Positions 45,872 to 55,386 of a stretch of 64,000 bases of DNA are shown here, one piece after another. The notes under the pieces were generated by a model, which was given only the letters and a program-made list of their open reading frames with translations, searched no databases and had not been told where the DNA came from. The DNA lies in IMG/VR virus record IMGVR_UViG_3300025087_000034; one strand, given 5' to 3'. A program made the position numbers and the translations under genes. The DNA is from a virus (taxonomy: Duplodnaviria; Caudoviricetes). Position 1 is the first letter of the stretch; each line of letters begins with the position of its first letter.

Positions 45872-48157
45872 ATGGTAATAAGTCGTTTGTGTGACAATTC
45901 TGAAGCCATTCTTCGGGCTCGTTATTATCTTAACGAGAATGAGGACTGGCCGGTTCTCTGTCACAGGGTTACTGACAGTGTAATTCCTATTTCTTGCAGT
46001 AGGTATGATTATACCGAAGAAGAAGTAAGGGAATTAACAAGAAGGATGTTTGAGCATATAAATAATCTTGAGTTTTTGCCAAATTCTCCTACTATGTTTA
46101 ATGCTGGAACTGAGTATCCTATGCTAAGCGCGTGTTTCGTAATAGACGTTCCAGACAATCTGCCCGGTATCTATGAGTCTGTTAAAGAGTCAGCCATGAT
46201 TCATAAAATGGGTGGGGGTGTTGGTTTTTCTTTAAGTAAGCTAAGATGTCGAGGGTCAAAAATTGCTACTACACACGGTAATAGCGGTGGAGCGGTTTCT
46301 TTTCTGAAGGTATTCGCAAATGGCACTGCTGAAATAACGGCGGCGGGTAAGCGTAAAGGGGCCAACATGGCCATGCTTAGAATAGACCATGCAGATATTG
46401 AAGAATTTATAAATTGTAAGTCTGTAGAGGGGGAGTTGGCTAATTTTAATATTTCACTACAATTTACTGACTCTTTTTTATCCGCCTGCTTAAATGACAC
46501 TGAAATTAGTTTGATCGATCCAAAGGATGGGTCGGTAGTGAGAGTTGTGCAAGCTAGGAGTTTGATGAGAAAGGCAGCAGAAGGGGCGTGGAATAATGGC
46601 GAGCCTGGGGCATGTTATATAGATGCAGTAAACAGGGATAACCCCACACCGCACCTGGGGGAAATAAACTCATCAAACCCTTGTGGGGAGTACTATTCTT
46701 CTCCATCTTATAATTCGTGTACATTAGGATCTATAAATCTAACAAGGTATGTTATGGTTAAAAATATCGAAAGTTCGATTGTTTTTGATTGGGAAAAATT
46801 CCGTAAAGATATTTTTGATTATGTTTTTTATTTAGATTGTATCATAGATGCAAATAGTTTTCCTTTAGAGAAAATAAAAGAAGTAACTTGCAAAACCAGA
46901 CCTATAGGTTTGGGTGTTATGGGTTTTGCGGACATTCTTATTATGATGGGTATTAAATATAATTCTGAGGAAGGTCTTTCTTTTGCTCGCGAACTTTCTG
47001 AGAATCTTAGCTACTATTCATTAGTAGCTAGTAAAGAGTTAGCTAAGAAAAGAGGCCATTACGCAGAATTTAGGGTAGAAAATCATGGGTATGAAAAGGC
47101 TAGGGGCTTAGGTGTTCTGGATTGGGAAGCCTTGGTTAAAGAAATAAAAATACATGGACTTAGAAATTCGCATACTGTGGTAATAGCCCCAACTGGTACT
47201 ATTGCCAGGATTGCTAATGAGTGTTCTTTTGGGATAGAGCCCATATTTTCAAAGAGTTTTGAAAGTAATATATTAGATGGAGCTAAGCAAGAAACCAAGA
47301 ATGGTTTGTACCAAAAGTTTTTAGATGGTGAGTTAAAGGTAGGTGAGGACGTCTTTGTTTGTGCTAAGGATATTTCTTGGCAAGACCATATCAAAATGCA
47401 GGCTGAGTGGCAAAAGTTCGTACACAATGGTATAAGTAAGACCATAGGAATGCCTAATAGTGCTACTACCCAGGACGTGTACGCTGCATATATGATGGCG
47501 TATGAACTGGGCCTAAAGGGTATCACGGTGTATAGGGAGGGGAGTAGAAAACAAGAGGTTCTTGTTGAGAAGTCAAAGAAAGAAGAGTGGCATGGGGTGG
47601 GTGATACGTTTGAGCATGCTTCCCCTATAAAACGACCTTTAGAGCTAGAATGCGACATACATCATACACAGGTTGGTGGAGAAAAGTGGGTAGTTCTTGT
47701 AGGGCTCTTAGATGGCAAGCCATATGAAATTTTTGGCGGGCTACAAAAATTCATAGAATTACCTAGGAAATATACTAAGGGCCTGATAGTAAAGAAACCA
47801 AACAAAAAAAGTAGAAGTAAGTATGATTTAATCCTAGATAAAGGAACCCCTGATGAATTAGTTGTTAAAGATATAGTATCTGTATTTGAAAATAAAGAAC
47901 ATGGTGTTGTTGGTAGGTTGATTAGTTTATCTTTGCGTCATCAGGCTCGCCCAAGTTTTCTTTGTGAGCAGTTAATAAAAGATGACGATTTCGATTTTCA
48001 AACGTACAGTAAAGTTATAGCACGTATTTTGAAGAGGTATATAGTAGATGGTGAAAACCCTGAAAGTTCAAAAGTTTGCCCTGAGTGTGGCGGGGAGCTT
48101 TATTATATGGAGGGGTGTGTTTTATGCCATTCGTGTGCATGGTCGAAGTGCTCATAA
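45872..48157 (+). CDS. nrdJ: class II (adenosylcobalamin-dependent) ribonucleotide reductase
   Basis: FLPNSPT..NAG, LSACF, GGVG, NPCGE, SCTLGSINL, RPIGLG, IAPTGT, C-terminal TSCPD and Zn-ribbon; no beta subunit nearby. Confidence 0.92.
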   Translation: MVISRLCDNSEAILRARYYLNENEDWPVLCHRVTDSVIPISCSRYDYTEEEVRELTRRMFEHINNLEFLPNSPTMFNAGTEYPMLSACFVIDVPDNLPGIYESVKESAMIHKMGGGVGFSLSKLRCRGSKIATTHGNSGGAVSFLKVFANGTAEITAAGKRKGANMAMLRIDHADIEEFINCKSVEGELANFNISLQFTDSFLSACLNDTEISLIDPKDGSVVRVVQARSLMRKAAEGAWNNGEPGACYIDAVNRDNPTPHLGEINSSNPCGEYYSSPSYNSCTLGSINLTRYVMVKNIESSIVFDWEKFRKDIFDYVFYLDCIIDANSFPLEKIKEVTCKTRPIGLGVMGFADILIMMGIKYNSEEGLSFARELSENLSYYSLVASKELAKKRGHYAEFRVENHGYEKARGLGVLDWEALVKEIKIHGLRNSHTVVIAPTGTIARIANECSFGIEPIFSKSFESNILDGAKQETKNGLYQKFLDGELKVGEDVFVCAKDISWQDHIKMQAEWQKFVHNGISKTIGMPNSATTQDVYAAYMMAYELGLKGITVYREGSRKQEVLVEKSKKEEWHGVGDTFEHASPIKRPLELECDIHHTQVGGEKWVVLVGLLDGKPYEIFGGLQKFIELPRKYTKGLIVKKPNKKSRSKYDLILDKGTPDELVVKDIVSVFENKEHGVVGRLISLSLRHQARPSFLCEQLIKDDDFDFQTYSKVIARILKRYIVDGENPESSKVCPECGGELYYMEGCVLCHSCAWSKCS

Positions 48158-48158
48158 T

Positions 48159-48251
48159 GTTTATGAAACTTTTAAACGTTTTGACCTTATAAAAGAGGCC
48201 GGTTATAATTTGGTGTATATTTGGGAATATGACTTTTTAAACTTACTATAA
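48159..48251 (+). pseudogene. C-terminal remnant of a Zn-repeat/Vsr-type endonuclease
   Basis: YETFKRFDLIKEAGYNLVYIWEYDFLN matches YQETLERIKILEEAGYKVIYIWEQDFLN of 44917-45801. Confidence 0.7.
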
Positions 48252-48259
48252 TTTTTTCC

Positions 48260-48288
48260 TTGTCATTTTTCTCATGTTTTTCTATTAT
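48260..48288 (+). promoter_or_regulatory. sigma70/sigmaA-type promoter
   Basis: TTGTCA-17 nt-TATTAT, same upstream TAATTTTT..C context as the 11956 promoter. Confidence 0.72.
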
Positions 48289-48314
48289 TAGTAGTAAGAA
48301 AGGAAAGGTGATTC

Positions 48315-48611
48315 ATGTCGTCAGTTAAATGCAAGCTTTGTTCTAAGTATGAGGCTGGTTATTGTTCTGTGAAAAACCAGGGAGGGAAGCCCCAACACGT
48401 ACTTCCTAATAAGGACAGGCAGTGTAGTAAGTTTATGGTAAATGCAGAAGCTTTTGCTCACGAAGCAGACAAGATTTATGAGAAGAGCCAGATTCCCCTT
48501 TTCGCTCCCACCTGGAGATATTGGGCGGATAAAAAAGAATTGAAAGAGACAGGGGAGGAAAAGGGACCTAAATTTATTCAAATCAATCCAGGGGTAAACA
48601 AACATGTATAA
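48315..48611 (+). CDS. hypothetical Cys-rich protein
   Basis: CKLC...C...C; AAAGGTGA SD. Confidence 0.55.
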   Translation: MSSVKCKLCSKYEAGYCSVKNQGGKPQHVLPNKDRQCSKFMVNAEAFAHEADKIYEKSQIPLFAPTWRYWADKKELKETGEEKGPKFIQINPGVNKHV

Positions 48612-48789
48612 AGTTATATATCAAGACAACCAAACTGGTTCTTGTCTTTTTTGTCATGGGACTGGTCTTTTAGTAATAAAGAATGCTTATGATCCTAATT
48701 TAGAAGAGTATATTACATGTGATTATTGTAGGGGAACTGGTTTGGTAAATGGGTCTGGTAATTTTTTTGGCGCCGGCCAAAAAAATTAA
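48604..48789 (+). CDS. small DnaJ-type zinc-finger protein
   Basis: CLFCHGTG and CDYCRGTG. Confidence 0.6.
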   Translation: MYKVIYQDNQTGSCLFCHGTGLLVIKNAYDPNLEEYITCDYCRGTGLVNGSGNFFGAGQKN

Positions 48790-48819
48790 GACCATTTTAG
48801 GGAGGGTGGATAAATCTTG

Positions 48820-49470
48820 ATGTTTGATATAGAAGAAACACTACGGGATTCAGGAATTAATTTAATCTTAGGTGTGGATGAGGTAGGTAGGGGTGCTTTA
48901 ATATCTGATGTTGTTGTTTCATGTGTAATTTTGCCGGCGGGCCATAAAATAGAAGGTATAAAAGACTCAAAAAAATTTACAGGTCCTAAAGCGCATGAAA
49001 ATAGAATAAAGATATCAAAATTAATACATGAAAGAGCTTTGGAAGTTCATATAATTTCTGCACCAGCAGAAGTTATAGATAAAATAAATATATTAGAAGC
49101 AACAAAACTGTGTATAATAACAGCTATATCAAAATGTAAAATAAAACCAGGTATGGTTATAATAGATGGTGATATGGAATTTGAAGATGGTGAAATTATG
49201 TATCCATATATGTGTGTAGAAAAGGCGGACTCTAGGAGTGAAAACGTAGCGGCTGCCTCTATTGTAGCTAAGGTACACAGAGATAATCATATGTTATTGT
49301 TGGATAAAGTTTATCCACAATATGGTTTAGCACAGCACAAAGGCTATGGAACAAAAGAGCATATGGAGGCCATATTAAAATATGGTCCTTGTGAACTTCA
49401 TAGGAAGTCTTTTAGTGTAAAAGGAAGAAAAATAGGGAGTATTAAACCTAGTAAGCAGCCCCACGCCTAA
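48820..49470 (+). CDS. rnhB: ribonuclease HII
   Basis: GVDEVGRG, IKDSK, IIDG, KADS...VAAASIVAKVHRD, HKGYGT..H, HRKSF. Last 6 codons lie in the IscB element 2 end. Confidence 0.93.
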   Translation: MFDIEETLRDSGINLILGVDEVGRGALISDVVVSCVILPAGHKIEGIKDSKKFTGPKAHENRIKISKLIHERALEVHIISAPAEVIDKINILEATKLCIITAISKCKIKPGMVIIDGDMEFEDGEIMYPYMCVEKADSRSENVAAASIVAKVHRDNHMLLLDKVYPQYGLAQHKGYGTKEHMEAILKYGPCELHRKSFSVKGRKIGSIKPSKQPHA

Positions 49471-49701
49471 AGGTGGGGGCTTTTAGGAGCCCTTACTTAC
49501 TAGGGAGCGATCCCAGAAAGGAGTCGTTAATCGTTGAGTAGAAGAGATACATACACACCTACGAATGCTCCTCAAGTTCATAGCAACTGTGGCGCTGAAT
49601 TAAAAACCCCTAGGGGTAGGGGTGGTGTTCAGCGTTTAAAAACTCTACCCAACAATCCCGATGAGGACCTAACCCGTGGACAGGGGGTACATTTAACATT
49701 A
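49430..49701 (+). ncRNA. IscB omega RNA 2
   Basis: Homologous to 33721-33967. Confidence 0.75.
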
Positions 49702-50936
49702 GTGTACGTACTGAACAATCGTGGTGAGCCGTTGATGCCTTGTAGTCCAAAGAAAGCCAAAGCATTGCTAAAGGAGGGAAAAGCCAAGGTAAGGACTAGA
49801 ACACCTTTTACGATACAATTGCTTTATGGTAGCTCAGGTTACAAACAACCTATTAGGTTGGGAGTAGACAGTGGTTTTAAGCACGTAGGACTATCTGCTG
49901 TTTCTGACAAGCAGGAACTTTACTCTGTTGAAGTCCAGCTTAGAATCGACATAGTGAATTTATTATCGGAACGTAGGTCTTATAGGAGAAATCGTAGAAA
50001 TAGAAAGACTCGCTATCGTCAAGCTCGTTTCCTTAATCGAGGAATAAAAAAAGGCTGGCTAGCCCCCAGTATTCAACACAAACTAGATAGCCATGTTAGG
50101 TTAGTAAACAAGGTTAAGCAAATCTTACCCGTTATTGAGGTGGTGGTAGAGGTAGCCTTGTTTGATATTCAGAAGATAAAGAATCCAGAGACGGGTGGTA
50201 AACAGTACCAAGAAGGGGAACAAAAGGGTTTTTGGAACACCAGAGAATACATACTCCACAGGGACAACCACAAGTGTTGCCACTGTAAGGGTAAATCAAA
50301 CGACACTGTTCTTAATGTTCACCATTTGGAGTCTAGAAAAATTGGTGGCGATAGACCGGAGAATTTAATAACACTTTGTAAGACGTGTCATGATACTTAT
50401 CATAATGGAGGGATTAAATTGAAAGCAAAGCCTTCTAAAGGGTTCAAAGCTGAAACTTTTATGACAATGGTACGATGGCGTTTAGTAGAACAATTGAGCT
50501 GCAGCTACACTTATGGTTACGTTACCAAGCATAATAGAACCTTGATAGGACTACCCAAGAGTCACGCAAACGATGCATTTGTAATCGCGAGCAAAATAGA
50601 CCGACCTAGATGTCAGTCTTATCAGATCAAACAAGTTAGGAAGCAAAATCGTAAGCTGTTCAAAGGACCACATAGTGGAGTAAGAAACACAGCCGCTAGA
50701 TATATTCAAGGTTTTCAACGGTACGATAAAGTAAAGTGGAAATCTCAGGAGTGTTTTGTGTTTGGGCGAAGGACTAGGGGTACTTTTGATCTAAGGCTAC
50801 TAGATAGGACTAAACTTTGTGGTGATGCTAAAGCTAAAGACTGTGTTAGGCTAGAAAGCGGTAGAACGTTCTTAACTCAAAGGAGCAGCGTTTCTTCCCC
50901 GGGGCTAAAGCTCGGGGTACCCGCGCTGAAGATTTG
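49451..50936 (+). mobile_element. non-autonomous iscB element 2
   Basis: Starts GTAAGCAGCCCCACGCCTAAAGGTGGGGGC, ends ...GGGGTACCCGCGCTGAAGATTTG directly before ATGG. Confidence 0.85.
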
Positions 50937-50937
50937 A
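49702..50937 (+). CDS. iscB: IscB RNA-guided endonuclease 2
   Basis: VYVLNNRGEPLMP, LGVDSG, bridge helix, HNH, SHANDA. Start GTG 49702 is inferred. Confidence 0.93.
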   Translation: MYVLNNRGEPLMPCSPKKAKALLKEGKAKVRTRTPFTIQLLYGSSGYKQPIRLGVDSGFKHVGLSAVSDKQELYSVEVQLRIDIVNLLSERRSYRRNRRNRKTRYRQARFLNRGIKKGWLAPSIQHKLDSHVRLVNKVKQILPVIEVVVEVALFDIQKIKNPETGGKQYQEGEQKGFWNTREYILHRDNHKCCHCKGKSNDTVLNVHHLESRKIGGDRPENLITLCKTCHDTYHNGGIKLKAKPSKGFKAETFMTMVRWRLVEQLSCSYTYGYVTKHNRTLIGLPKSHANDAFVIASKIDRPRCQSYQIKQVRKQNRKLFKGPHSGVRNTAARYIQGFQRYDKVKWKSQECFVFGRRTRGTFDLRLLDRTKLCGDAKAKDCVRLESGRTFLTQRSSVSSPGLKLGVPALKI

Positions 50938-51992
50938 TGGCTAGTTTTGATTTAGATAAAGAATATTTAAGTCTTGATGATGTTCTTTTGGTACCTGCCT
51001 ATTCAGAAATAGCAAGCAGGTTGGATACAGATATATCTACAACATTGGTTGGTAATATAAAGATAAAAATACCTGTTGTTTCAGCTGCCATGGATACAAT
51101 TTCTGGGAAGGATATGGGTATCAAGTTGGGTCGTTTAGGTGGGGCCGCTTTTCTTCACAGGTTTGCTTCAGATGAAGAAATTGTGTCCATGGTAAAAGAT
51201 ATAAAAGAGGCAGGTCAGTTAGCTATACCTTCTATAGGAATAAGGAAGGACATAGTTCAATGGGTAGATGTATTATTGGGCGCCGGTGCTGACGTAATAT
51301 CTATTGATATAGCACACGGGCACAGTAAAGAGGTTTTAACAACAATAGGTTTGTTGAAGGGCGTTTATAAAGAGGCGTGCAAAGTAGTGGCTGGTAATGT
51401 TGCCACAAAAGAGGGTGTTCATGACCTAATTGAGGCGGGTGCAGACGCTGTAAAGGTTTTTGTAGGCCCGGGGGCTGCGTGTTCTACTCGTGTAGTAACT
51501 GGTTTTGGCGTCCCTACCTTCTCATGTTTAGTAGAGTGTCTTGGTGAGGCATCTAGACACAATATTCCTATAATAGCTGATGGTGGGCTAAAAGCCCCCG
51601 GTGATTTTACTAAATGCTTGGCAGTGGGTGCTAGTGCCTGTATGTCAGGATCAATGCTCTCTGCTACGGATGAGACTCCTGGTAAGTATGTAAAGATACG
51701 GGACAAATTTTATAAAGAATACAGGGGGATGGCGTCTGAGGCTAGCCAGAAGGACTTCAAGAGGGGGTTGAAATTAGGTACTGCGTCAGAGGGTGAGGCT
51801 ATGCTTTTTGAATCTAAGGGACCTGTAAAGGATGTTATAGATAGGATAACCGGAGGCATTAGAAGCGGCCTTACCTATTGTGGGGCTAAAAACCTGCAAG
51901 AGCTTAGGGAAAAAGCCCGCTTTATAAGAATAACCCAAAGTGCGGCAGCGGAAGGTTTGCCACACGGCCTGAATAACAAGGGGGCCCTTTGA
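50937..51992 (+). CDS. guaB: IMP dehydrogenase/GMP reductase family enzyme (no CBS domains)
   Basis: DDVLLVP, SAAMDT, IDIAHGHS, AGNVAT, GPGAACSTR, IIADGG, YRGMAS. Confidence 0.85.
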   Translation: MASFDLDKEYLSLDDVLLVPAYSEIASRLDTDISTTLVGNIKIKIPVVSAAMDTISGKDMGIKLGRLGGAAFLHRFASDEEIVSMVKDIKEAGQLAIPSIGIRKDIVQWVDVLLGAGADVISIDIAHGHSKEVLTTIGLLKGVYKEACKVVAGNVATKEGVHDLIEAGADAVKVFVGPGAACSTRVVTGFGVPTFSCLVECLGEASRHNIPIIADGGLKAPGDFTKCLAVGASACMSGSMLSATDETPGKYVKIRDKFYKEYRGMASEASQKDFKRGLKLGTASEGEAMLFESKGPVKDVIDRITGGIRSGLTYCGAKNLQELREKARFIRITQSAAAEGLPHGLNNKGAL

Positions 51993-52369
51993 GTCTATTA
52001 AATGATAGATTAAACAGGCGGAAAGAAAAGATACAGTCAGAACAACTCGACAAGTTTGATGGTGTTTTGTTTTGTCATGTGACTGGGGCATCTTTTGGTA
52101 GCAGGCAGGAAATAATAAAACAAATAGGGGGGTCAACACTATTAAGATTAGACAGAGATAGGCGTAATGAATTTGATTTTCATGCGGTTTTAGTTATGGC
52201 GTTTGTAAACGATGAATGGCAAGAAGCAGGGTTTGTGCCTTCCACAGTAAATAAATCGGTGGCTCAATCTTTGGATGCAGGGGATAGTTTAAAGGTAGGC
52301 CTGTGGAGAAAGAACGGTGGAGAGGATGGGTTTCTCTATGGTTTGTCAATAACAATTAGCAAGGATTAG
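51989..52369 (+). CDS. stand-alone HIRAN domain protein
   Basis: VTGASF..R...L.RDRRNEFDFHAV.V...GFVP. Confidence 0.75.
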   Translation: MSLLNDRLNRRKEKIQSEQLDKFDGVLFCHVTGASFGSRQEIIKQIGGSTLLRLDRDRRNEFDFHAVLVMAFVNDEWQEAGFVPSTVNKSVAQSLDAGDSLKVGLWRKNGGEDGFLYGLSITISKD

Positions 52370-52381
52370 GAGATTTAGAAG

Positions 52382-52645
52382 ATGGCAAAGAAACAAGAAA
52401 ACGATTATTTGGGTGGGTTTTATTCTGACATGCTTTTAGATGAATTAAAAAACGAGATTATAAAGAATCTAAAGAGGATTGCCACACTAGAAGCAGAGAG
52501 GAAAGACTATATGGACAGCGCCAAAGATACTTTAAAGGATATGGACGAAAGAATTCGTGCCCTAATCCACTGGGTGGGTGTAAAAGAAACAGAGGCTGAA
52601 CAAGCCCGGATGGCTGTTTTGGTATCTAAAGAGTTTTCAAAATAA
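52382..52645 (+). CDS. hypothetical coiled-coil protein
   Basis: 87 aa, AGGAG SD. Confidence 0.6.
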   Translation: MAKKQENDYLGGFYSDMLLDELKNEIIKNLKRIATLEAERKDYMDSAKDTLKDMDERIRALIHWVGVKETEAEQARMAVLVSKEFSK

Positions 52646-52660
52646 TTAGGAGGAATAAAT

Positions 52661-52819
52661 ATGCCTTTAGACAATTTGTACAAAGTAAACCAATCACTTA
52701 TAGATCTTCAGAAATGTATGGAGAAACACAACGAAAGTTTGGTAAAAGAACTAAAGGACTTAAACTCTAATGTTAGGGAATTAGTTAAGGTCCTTGGAAA
52801 GAAGAAGGTTGAGAAGTAA
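52661..52819 (+). CDS. small coiled-coil protein (not in the ORF track)
   Basis: AGGAGG SD; MPLDNLYKVNQSLIDLQKCMEKHNESLVKELKDLNSNVRELVKVLGKKKVEK. Confidence 0.6.
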   Translation: MPLDNLYKVNQSLIDLQKCMEKHNESLVKELKDLNSNVRELVKVLGKKKVEK

Positions 52820-53477
52820 AGACGCAATAAGGAAATGGGTAAAAAGACACACAAATAAATATGTGTGTTTTTGTGGTTGTGGTGAATTTATAGAGATAAA
52901 ACCTATACATAAAAAACGTGGAATTCCCAAATTTATACAGGGGCATAACATGAACGGAAAATTCAATCCCAAGTCGGGAGAAGAGTTTGAGTTTATTGTT
53001 AAGAGCCCTTCTTGGGAGGTTTTATCAGAGGAAGAAAGGCAGCGTAGGTTATCAAATTTACGGATGTTTGGAAAGGGAAAAGACCACCCACAGTGGAAGG
53101 GCGGAAGGATAAGAACTGAAGATGGCTACATCTTAGCCCACGCTCCAAATCACCCATTTCATAATAACGGATATGTGTTTGAGCACCGGCTTGTCATGGA
53201 AAAATTCTTAGTAGAAAATTTTCCAGATAGTGATTTTTTAGTAGGGGTAAATGGAAAGAGGTATTTAAATCCTGTTGTTGTTGTTCATCATAAAATACAC
53301 GAGCAAAAAGACAACAATGATGTAGAGAACCTTTTTCCTTTTCCTTGTGCCGATGCTCATATTTTTTGGCATAATAGCCCATTATCTGACGATGAAAAAA
53401 TAAAATTAATAAAATTAGGTATTTACAAAACAAACCAGGAGGAGGGAACAACCCCCAATGGTGAAAAGAAAACATAA
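52794..53477 (+). CDS. HNH homing endonuclease
   Basis: CFCGCG, WKGGR, GYVFEHRLVME, VVHH...KDNN..ENL...H...H. Confidence 0.8.
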   Translation: MERRRLRSKDAIRKWVKRHTNKYVCFCGCGEFIEIKPIHKKRGIPKFIQGHNMNGKFNPKSGEEFEFIVKSPSWEVLSEEERQRRLSNLRMFGKGKDHPQWKGGRIRTEDGYILAHAPNHPFHNNGYVFEHRLVMEKFLVENFPDSDFLVGVNGKRYLNPVVVVHHKIHEQKDNNDVENLFPFPCADAHIFWHNSPLSDDEKIKLIKLGIYKTNQEEGTTPNGEKKT

Positions 53478-54804
53478 AATAGTTGTGCTAGATACTTCCG
53501 TCCTTCTTTATGACGCAAGAAGTATATATGGTTTTAGGGGAAGTGACATAGTAATTCCATTGGTTGTTTTGAGTGAAATTGATAAGTATAAGAACGTAGA
53601 TGACGAGGTAGGTAGAAATGCTAGGTTGTTTGCTCGTAGTATAAAGGGGTTCCTGTCTAATGGTGCGGATTTGCGCACGGGGGCAAAAAGACTCCCAACA
53701 GATGAATTATTAATAGTTAAAAATCTAGAGAACGTTTCATTAATAAATCCGTTAGTAATAGATATAAATAAAAATGATGATGTAATATTAGCAGTTTGTT
53801 TAGAAGTGGATTTATTCTCTGATATTAAAGTAAAGTTAGTAACTAGAGATACAAATATGCACATAAAAGCAAGTTATTTAGGTATAGCTTGTGAAGATTA
53901 TGTGGATAATACTGGGTATGTTGAAAAGGAAGACTTGTATTCCGGTATAAAGAATTACTCTGTTCCAACTGATTACATAGAGCAGCTATATTTAGATAGT
54001 AAAATAGATCTTTGTATTGGTGGGATAGAAGAATTCATAAAGGTTTCTGATTTTGATGGTCTAGAAAATGTGGGTGTTGTCTTAAATAGTTTGGATCAGA
54101 GCAATCAGTCTGCCCTCGCTGTGTATAAGTCTGGTGTTCTGCACAAATTAAAGTATACCGGCAAGGCTGTTAGCAGGGTAACCCCCAAGTGTGCAGAGCA
54201 ACATTTGGCAATGGAGTTTTTGTTGGATAGAAGCATTGATCTAGTGACACTTACTGGGGGGGCCGGGGTTGGTAAGACTTTGTTGGCCCTAGCTTGTGGG
54301 CTGAAGATGATAGAGCAGAATATGTATAGAAAATTTGTTGTTAGTAGACCTATACAGCCTTTGGGAAGGGATTTGGGTTTCTTACCGGGTGACACTATGG
54401 ATAAATTACAGCCTTGGTTAGCTCCAATAAGGGATAGTGTTGAATTTATTTATGGTGGTTCCGAGAAGCAGCAGTTTGAGGATCTAGTTGCTTTTGGTAC
54501 ATTAGAGATAGAGCCTCTTACTTATATTAGGGGGCGTTCTATGCCAAATACCTTGTTTCTAGTTGATGAAGGTCAGCAATTGACCAAGCATGAAATGAAG
54601 ACCATAATCAGTCGTATGGGAAAGGGAAGTAAAATTATTTTAACAGGGGATATTTTCCAGATAGATAATCCATATTTGGATACATGTACCAATGGTTTAA
54701 CTAGGGTCGTAGAGTTATTCAAACCTTATTCTTTATCTGCTCATGTATCTTTAACGAAAGGTCAAAGGAGTGATTTGGCAACTTTGGCGGCAAATATTCT
54801 TTAA
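53458..54804 (+). CDS. phoH: PhoH-family ATPase with N-terminal PIN domain
   Basis: VLDTSVLL PIN domain; GGAGVGKT, LGFLPG, YIRGRS, DEGQQ, SRMG..SKIILTGD..QID. Confidence 0.92.
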   Translation: MVKRKHKIVVLDTSVLLYDARSIYGFRGSDIVIPLVVLSEIDKYKNVDDEVGRNARLFARSIKGFLSNGADLRTGAKRLPTDELLIVKNLENVSLINPLVIDINKNDDVILAVCLEVDLFSDIKVKLVTRDTNMHIKASYLGIACEDYVDNTGYVEKEDLYSGIKNYSVPTDYIEQLYLDSKIDLCIGGIEEFIKVSDFDGLENVGVVLNSLDQSNQSALAVYKSGVLHKLKYTGKAVSRVTPKCAEQHLAMEFLLDRSIDLVTLTGGAGVGKTLLALACGLKMIEQNMYRKFVVSRPIQPLGRDLGFLPGDTMDKLQPWLAPIRDSVEFIYGGSEKQQFEDLVAFGTLEIEPLTYIRGRSMPNTLFLVDEGQQLTKHEMKTIISRMGKGSKIILTGDIFQIDNPYLDTCTNGLTRVVELFKPYSLSAHVSLTKGQRSDLATLAANIL

Positions 54805-54810
54805 TTTTCC

Positions 54811-54839
54811 TTAACATTAATTTAGATTTAACCTATAAT
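54811..54839 (+). promoter_or_regulatory. sigma70/sigmaA-type promoter
   Basis: TAATTTTCC TTAACA-17 nt-TATAAT. Confidence 0.7.
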
Positions 54840-54981
54840 TATGTGTGGAGGTGAGGATAGTTACAGAAGGGTAACGAAACTACTGTGGGTTTTGATAAAA
54901 TGGAAGATTACTCTAAGTGTGTTACTAAGGGTAGCTTGTTAACTTTAAGAGTGTACTACCTTAATAATTAGGAGGTATTTT

Positions 54982-55338
54982 ATGTTTAAATTTAAGAGTA
55001 TCATTGGTTCTTTTTTGGCCTCGTTTTTAATTTTTTCCGCCTGTACTCCATCTACTACGCAAATTAACACGGCAAAAGATGCTATGAGCAAGATAAATAT
55101 GAGTGTTGTTTTTGCTGAAGCTTATATTACGGTTGCTCAGGCTCAGTATGCTACTAATCCAAAGGTTTTTGCTGCCTTAGAGGCAACTAAACTAGCACTT
55201 TCTACAGTTAAGTCTGTACTTACTTCTGTAGAGGCAGGGCTGAGTAAGGATTATGCTGCTCTGTATTCTGCTTCTGTGGTTTTGTTACAGAGAACTTTTG
55301 AGTTGGCACTTGCTATAAAAGAAGCTTCTTCTAAGTAA
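54982..55338 (+). CDS. lipoprotein
   Basis: Signal peptide MFKFK+hydrophobic core ending in a lipobox-like FSAC; AGGAGG SD. Confidence 0.7.
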   Translation: MFKFKSIIGSFLASFLIFSACTPSTTQINTAKDAMSKINMSVVFAEAYITVAQAQYATNPKVFAALEATKLALSTVKSVLTSVEAGLSKDYAALYSASVVLLQRTFELALAIKEASSK

Positions 55339-55386
55339 TATTTAGGGCCCATTTTTGGGCCACAAGACCTAAAAGGAGGTTGGCTA

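Noticed and set aside
13724-48157. Inteins or self-splicing introns in recA, dnaB, polA or nrdJ
   Set aside because: All four have normal lengths and contiguous motifs with no intein splice signatures.
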